NCBI GenBank assembly: GCA_028826165.1
Contig: JAPDFW010000070.1
Coordinates: 1,587,859 to 1,651,858 of the forward strand
Direction of reading: 5' to 3'
DNA length: 64,000 nt
Origin: Anaeramoeba ignava BMAN
Lineage: Eukaryota; Protista; Anaeramoebae
The notes under the pieces were generated by a model, which worked only from the letters and a program-made list of their open reading frames with translations, did no database searches and was not told the DNA's origin. Numbering within the stretch: the stretch's first letter is position 1; each line of letters starts with the position of its first letter. This document shows, piece after piece, positions 58,955 through 64,000 of this stretch. Made by a program: the position numbers and the translations under genes.

Positions 58955-59630
58955 AATAAATAAATTAAATAATAAATAATAATAATAAAAATTATTTTTA
59001 AATATTAATTTTATATTAATTTATTTATTAAAACTTATTTAATTTAATAAAAATTAAATAAAAATTAATAAAATATTTGATTTTAAAATATAAATAAATA
59101 GATAATAAATTAATAATAAATAATAATAAAATTATTTTTAAATATTAATTTTAAATTAATTTATTTATTAAAAACTTATTTAATATAATTAAAAATTAAA
59201 TAAAAATTAATAAAATATTTAATTTTAAAATATAAATAACTAAATAATAAATTAATAATAAATAATAATAAAATTATTTTTAAATATTAATTTTATATTA
59301 ATTTATTTATTAAAACTTATTTAATTTAATTAAAAATTAAATAAAAATTAATAAAATATTTAATTTACAAAATATAAATAAATAATAAATTAATAATAAA
59401 TAATAATAAAATTATTTTTAAATATTAATTTTATATTAATTTATTTATTAAAACTTATTTAATTTAATTAAAAAATTAAATAAAAAATTAATAAAATATT
59501 TTATTTATAAAATATAAATAAATAAATAATAAATTAATAATAAATAATAATAAAATTATTTTTAAATATTAATTTTATATTAATTTATTTATTAAAACTT
59601 ATTTAATTTAATTAAAAAATTAAATAAAAA
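58955..59630. repeat. ~140-bp tandem repeat, about 5 copies, almost pure A/T
   Basis: ATTATTTTTAAATATTAATTTTA recurs at 58991, 59131, 59273, 59411 and 59555. Confidence 0.9.
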
Positions 59631-59841
59631 ATGTAATTTTCCGATTTTTAATTATTTTTAAAAAACAAAAACAAAAAATTTTTTATTGAGGCAAAAATAG
59701 ACAAAAAGCAAAAAGAATTTAATTAAAAACAAAAACAAATTTTATTTTTTTATTCTTTTTATTTTTTTATTAATTTTAATTTTAATTTTAAAATTCAAAA
59801 AAAAACCATTTCATCACAATAAAAATACTCAAAACAACAGA

Positions 59842-62800
59842 ATGAACAATAAATTAAGATACAATCAACCCATAAAACATAATTCACAAAATCAATATCT
59901 TAATAATTCAAATTCAGAAAAACATAAAGAAAGAAAAAAAGAAGAAACAAATCTTATAAATGAAATAACTTCCTTTTTTGATAAACAAAAAAAAGAAGAA
60001 TTAAACTCTTTCCTTTCTGAAATTTTTTGTTCTTTTTTCCTTCATAATGAAAAATCTCCAAATCTTGTTTCTCTTGATACTTTTATTGATTTCTTTTGTT
60101 TAATTATTAATCAAATTCCTCAACAATTTCAAATCTTAAAAGAAAAAAAAATTTATCAAAAATTTAATTTACTCAAAAAAAGTAAATCAATTCCTTCTCA
60201 AATTCTTCTTGCTGAATTGAAAGAATTAGATTCTATTTATATTTTTGATAAAAGAAATCGAGATATTTCAAAACCAATTATTTATGAAATTGGAACTAAT
60301 TCTCAAAATCAAGATTTTATTAACATTTTCAATTTTTATTCTTATGATAAAAATCATCCTTTTACTTATAAAACTATTGAAAGAGAAAATGTTTTAGAAA
60401 GAAATAAGAAAAAGAAAATAATAATCAAAAAGAAAATTATTCCAATTCTTCATATTCAAGAATCAAAAGAAAATTTATTAAAAGAAGAATGTTTAAGAAT
60501 TTTAGAAATTGCTGAAACTCAACAAAATTTGAAAGATCTGATTTTTATAATACATTTCTATTTCGTAATAAATCTCATTCAATTCAAAAAATGTTTGATT
60601 CAAATAAAATGATGAATGTTGCTAAATCAGAAAATAGTTTAATTTGGAAAACATTACTTTCTATTTTCAGAAATATTTTTGATAGCAAAATTATTTATCA
60701 AGAATTTAAAGAATTTATTTATTTTTTGATTTTTTCCTCAATCCTTAATTTTATTCAAAAAGAAGAAAACAAAACAATTTCTTTCAAATTTTATCAAATT
60801 TTAGAATCAAGTTTACAAAAATATTCAAATTATATTTGTAAAATTTTTCAAAAACAATCAACAAAAATCGGAAGTAGATGGGAAATAATTAAAAAATTAA
60901 AAAATGAAATGAAAAAAATTCAATTTTTCAAACCAATTCCAATAAATATTGAAGAATTTAAACAAGAATATAATGTTTATTTCAAAAATTGGAAAGAAAA
61001 TACAAATAATCAAATTCAAAAATTCAAAAATTCAATTATATTTTACAAAACCAAAATTCAAATTTATCTCTTTCAAAACAAGAAGAAAATAAAACAAAAT
61101 ATATTATTGATACTTTCAAATTTCAAAAAAATAATTTCACATTAAAAGAATTATTAAATGAACTTAATCAATTTCAATCTTTTCTTGATAATTTAAATTC
61201 AAATCAAAATCAAAATAAAATTTCAAATTATTTTATTGCAAATCTTTTAATGATAATTCCAACTCCAAAAATAGAAAAACCTTATTCATTTTATCAAATT
61301 CAAAATTCAATTAAAAATGAAGAAACAAGAAATGAATTATTTTCTCTTATTAATCATTTTCAAAATTTTTTGAAAAATCTTATTGAAATTGAAATTGGAT
61401 CTTCTTTTTTTGGATTAGCTGTTTTCAATAATTTAGCAATTTTAATTAGAATTATTCAAATTTATGATGAAATTTTTGAAACACATATTGATCAAAGAAT
61501 TGATAAATTTAAAATTCATTCTGAACCTTTTTATCAATTTTATTATCAAGGAAATTTATTCTTAAATATTTTAGAAGCAAATAAAATTTCAGAACTTAAA
61601 CAATTTTATGATAAATTTGGAACAAAACAAAATGGATTTGGATTTAGAGTAACAAAAGTATTTTCATTAAATATTCAAGAAGAAATTCAATTTCTTACTT
61701 CATTTGTTGAAAATGAATTTTCAGATGATGAATTAATTTCAAATTTTCAAATTATTATTTCTCCTGAAATTAAAAAAGATGGTTTTATCAAAAAAGAGAA
61801 ATTTTATGAAAAACATTTTAAAAAAGAAATTCATTCTTTTCTTAAAACACAAATTGAAGAAATTAAACAAAAATGGGAAAAAGAAAAAAAATATTTACAT
61901 TTAGGATTATTTTATGAAACTCAAATTTCTGAAGGAGAACAAGGAGTAAATACATTGAAAACTTGTGAATATTATTTAAAATATTTTGAACAAAACAATC
62001 AATCAATTTCAGATCAATCAATTTTTGAAAAAGCTAAAAACAATTTAGAAAAAAGAGGAAAATTTGATAAAAACAAAAATCTTTACACAATTCAAAAAAG
62101 TTTGAAAAATTTCCAACAAATTCTTCCAAAAAATGAAGTTGAACAAATCAAAAATGAATTAGATTTCCTTAAAATTTCTGCTTTTCATCTTCATAATTCT
62201 TCATCATATTTACATAAAAATACTATTAATTTATATCAAAAATGTATTAAGAAAAGTGAAAATAAAGAAGAAAAAATTATTTTTAGTGCATTTATTTCTG
62301 ATTTAGCAATGGAAAGAAAATATTGGAAAACAGCATTCAATTTCTTAGATTATTTACTTGAAAAATCATTTTCAAATGAAGAATTAATTAAAAAATATCA
62401 AGATCTTTTTATTTATAATAGAAAAATATGTTTAATTGAATTAGGAAAATTTGATGAAATTATTGAAGAAATAAAAGATTCAGATTCAAATCCTTATTAT
62501 TTATTTCTTAAATTATGGGCATATTTCCAAAAGAATCAATTTAATGAAGCTATTAAAATTGCTAATATTTTAAGAAATAAATTTAATGAAAAACCATTTA
62601 GTTCAAATAAATTAAAAGAATTAGAAAATAAAATGAAATTATTTGAAGCTCAAAAACAATTTAATTCCAAAAATTATTCAAAATCATATGAATTATTTTC
62701 ACAAGTTTATTCAGAATATCCAGATTCTTCAATTCTTAAAATTTTTCTTTTCAAATTAAAAAGATTACAAAATTCAAATGAAATTAAATTAGATTTTGAA

Positions 62801-64000
62801 TTGAAAAGAAATTTCCAAAAATTAATTATTTATGAATTATTTTGTCAACAAAAAGAAAAATATTCTATTCAAATTGATTCCAAATTTTATTCTGTTCAAA
62901 ATTTAATAAATTTTGAAGAAGAAATTAAAAAAAGAAATGGATTAAAAATTTATAAAATTATTTGTGATTCAATATTTCAAACTTCAAAATTTGTTTTTAA
63001 AATTGTTCAAAGAAAAGAACAACAAAATCAATCAAGAAAAATTATTGAAAGTATAGAGTCATTATATCAACCTAATTTATCTCCTTATATTTCAAATCTT
63101 AAACCCAAAGAAAATTTTATTATTGATTCACAAAATCATAATCCACCAATAGGAAGAATGAAAGAAAATAGTTTTTCTTTTCATTTCACAAAATATCAAA
63201 ATTTTGAAATTAATCCTTTTTTCAATCCATTTATTTCAAATCAAAATCAAAATCAAAATCAAATATTAATTGAAGAAGAAAAACAAGATTATTTTTCTGA
63301 AAGTATTTCTCAATCAATCAAAATTATAAATGAAAAAAGAAGAGAATTTGAAGAAAATGAAAATGAAAAATATATTCATGAAAATGAAATAATTTCAAAT
63401 ATTCAATCAAAAAGTAGTTTAGAATTAATTGATGAATTTTGTTTAATAAGAACTAAACCTTTAATTCAAAGTTCATTATTAATTGAATATTTATTATCAG
63501 ATATTTCATTATTAGAAAAAGAATCATTTCGTAATTTTGTATTACTTACATTTTTTGAAAAAGATTATTTATTTAAACAAATTCAAATAGAATCAGAAAT
63601 TATCAAACAAATTGATAAATTATTAGAATATTTCAAAAATTTTATTGAAAGTTCTCCTCATTCAATTCAACCTCTTCTCAAATTTTTTTATTACTTTTTA
63701 AAAATTTGTTTCAATGAATATTTATTCTTTTCAAACAACAAAAACAAAAACAATTCAAATTCACAAAATGAAATTGAAAAATTGAAAAAGAAAATGAAAA
63801 TGAAAATGAAAATGAAAATGAAAATGAAAATGAAAAAGAAATGCAAAAAATCGAAAAAGAAATTGAAAAAGAAATGCAAAAAATTGAAAAAGAAATGAAA
63901 ACAAAAACCGAAAATGAAAAATGGAATTGAAAATAGTCAACTTTTTGTTATAGTTTTTGTATCATCAAGCAATCCGAAAATTGCAAAAGAATCACCAAAT
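59842..64000 (+). CDS. Large uncharacterised protein with a TPR-like helical region; frame breaks at ~60550, ~61050 and ~63780; probably continues past the window
   Basis: Three consecutive same-strand ORFs with coding-like composition; TPR-like segments KICLIELGKFDEIIE, LWAYFQKNQFNEAIK and FNSKNYSKSYELFSQVYSEYPDS. Confidence 0.6.

Overview
Very AT-rich, gene-dense eukaryotic DNA using the standard code, with GT-AG spliceosomal introns. The expanded RCC1-BTB and BTB families and the NQ/NE/SK hexamer runs suggest an anaerobic protist such as the metamonad Anaeramoeba; this is inference only. About 22 protein-coding loci are present: a 14-blade beta-propeller surface protein, two tandem metallophosphoesterases, RPAIN, a BTB protein, a GATAD1-like protein, PIGG/GPI7, a divergent NDK, VPS4, an archaeal-type PurB, two tandem-OsmC-CaaX proteins, a Hippo/MST-like kinase, a USP34/24-like deubiquitinase, an unknown protein, eIF2B-gamma, an UNC-93-like MFS protein, two RCC1-BTB genes (one a pseudogene), a SENP-like pseudo-protease, a Moco-sulfurase-like protein and a large TPR-like ORF. 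Most short ORF-track entries are artefacts of simple repeats. Highlights: (1) single-chain double-OsmC peroxidases with a CaaX box, a 21-nt microexon and a shared upstream GGGGG box; (2) 1-2 kb introns, each filled by its own satellite and depleted of GT/AG on the sense strand; (3) an archaeal-type adenylosuccinate lyase with 7 introns; (4) NDK and SENP pseudo-enzyme candidates; (5) the same junction plus hexamer tail after the stop codons of two unrelated duplicated intronless families. Exon boundaries were read by eye and may be off by a few bases.
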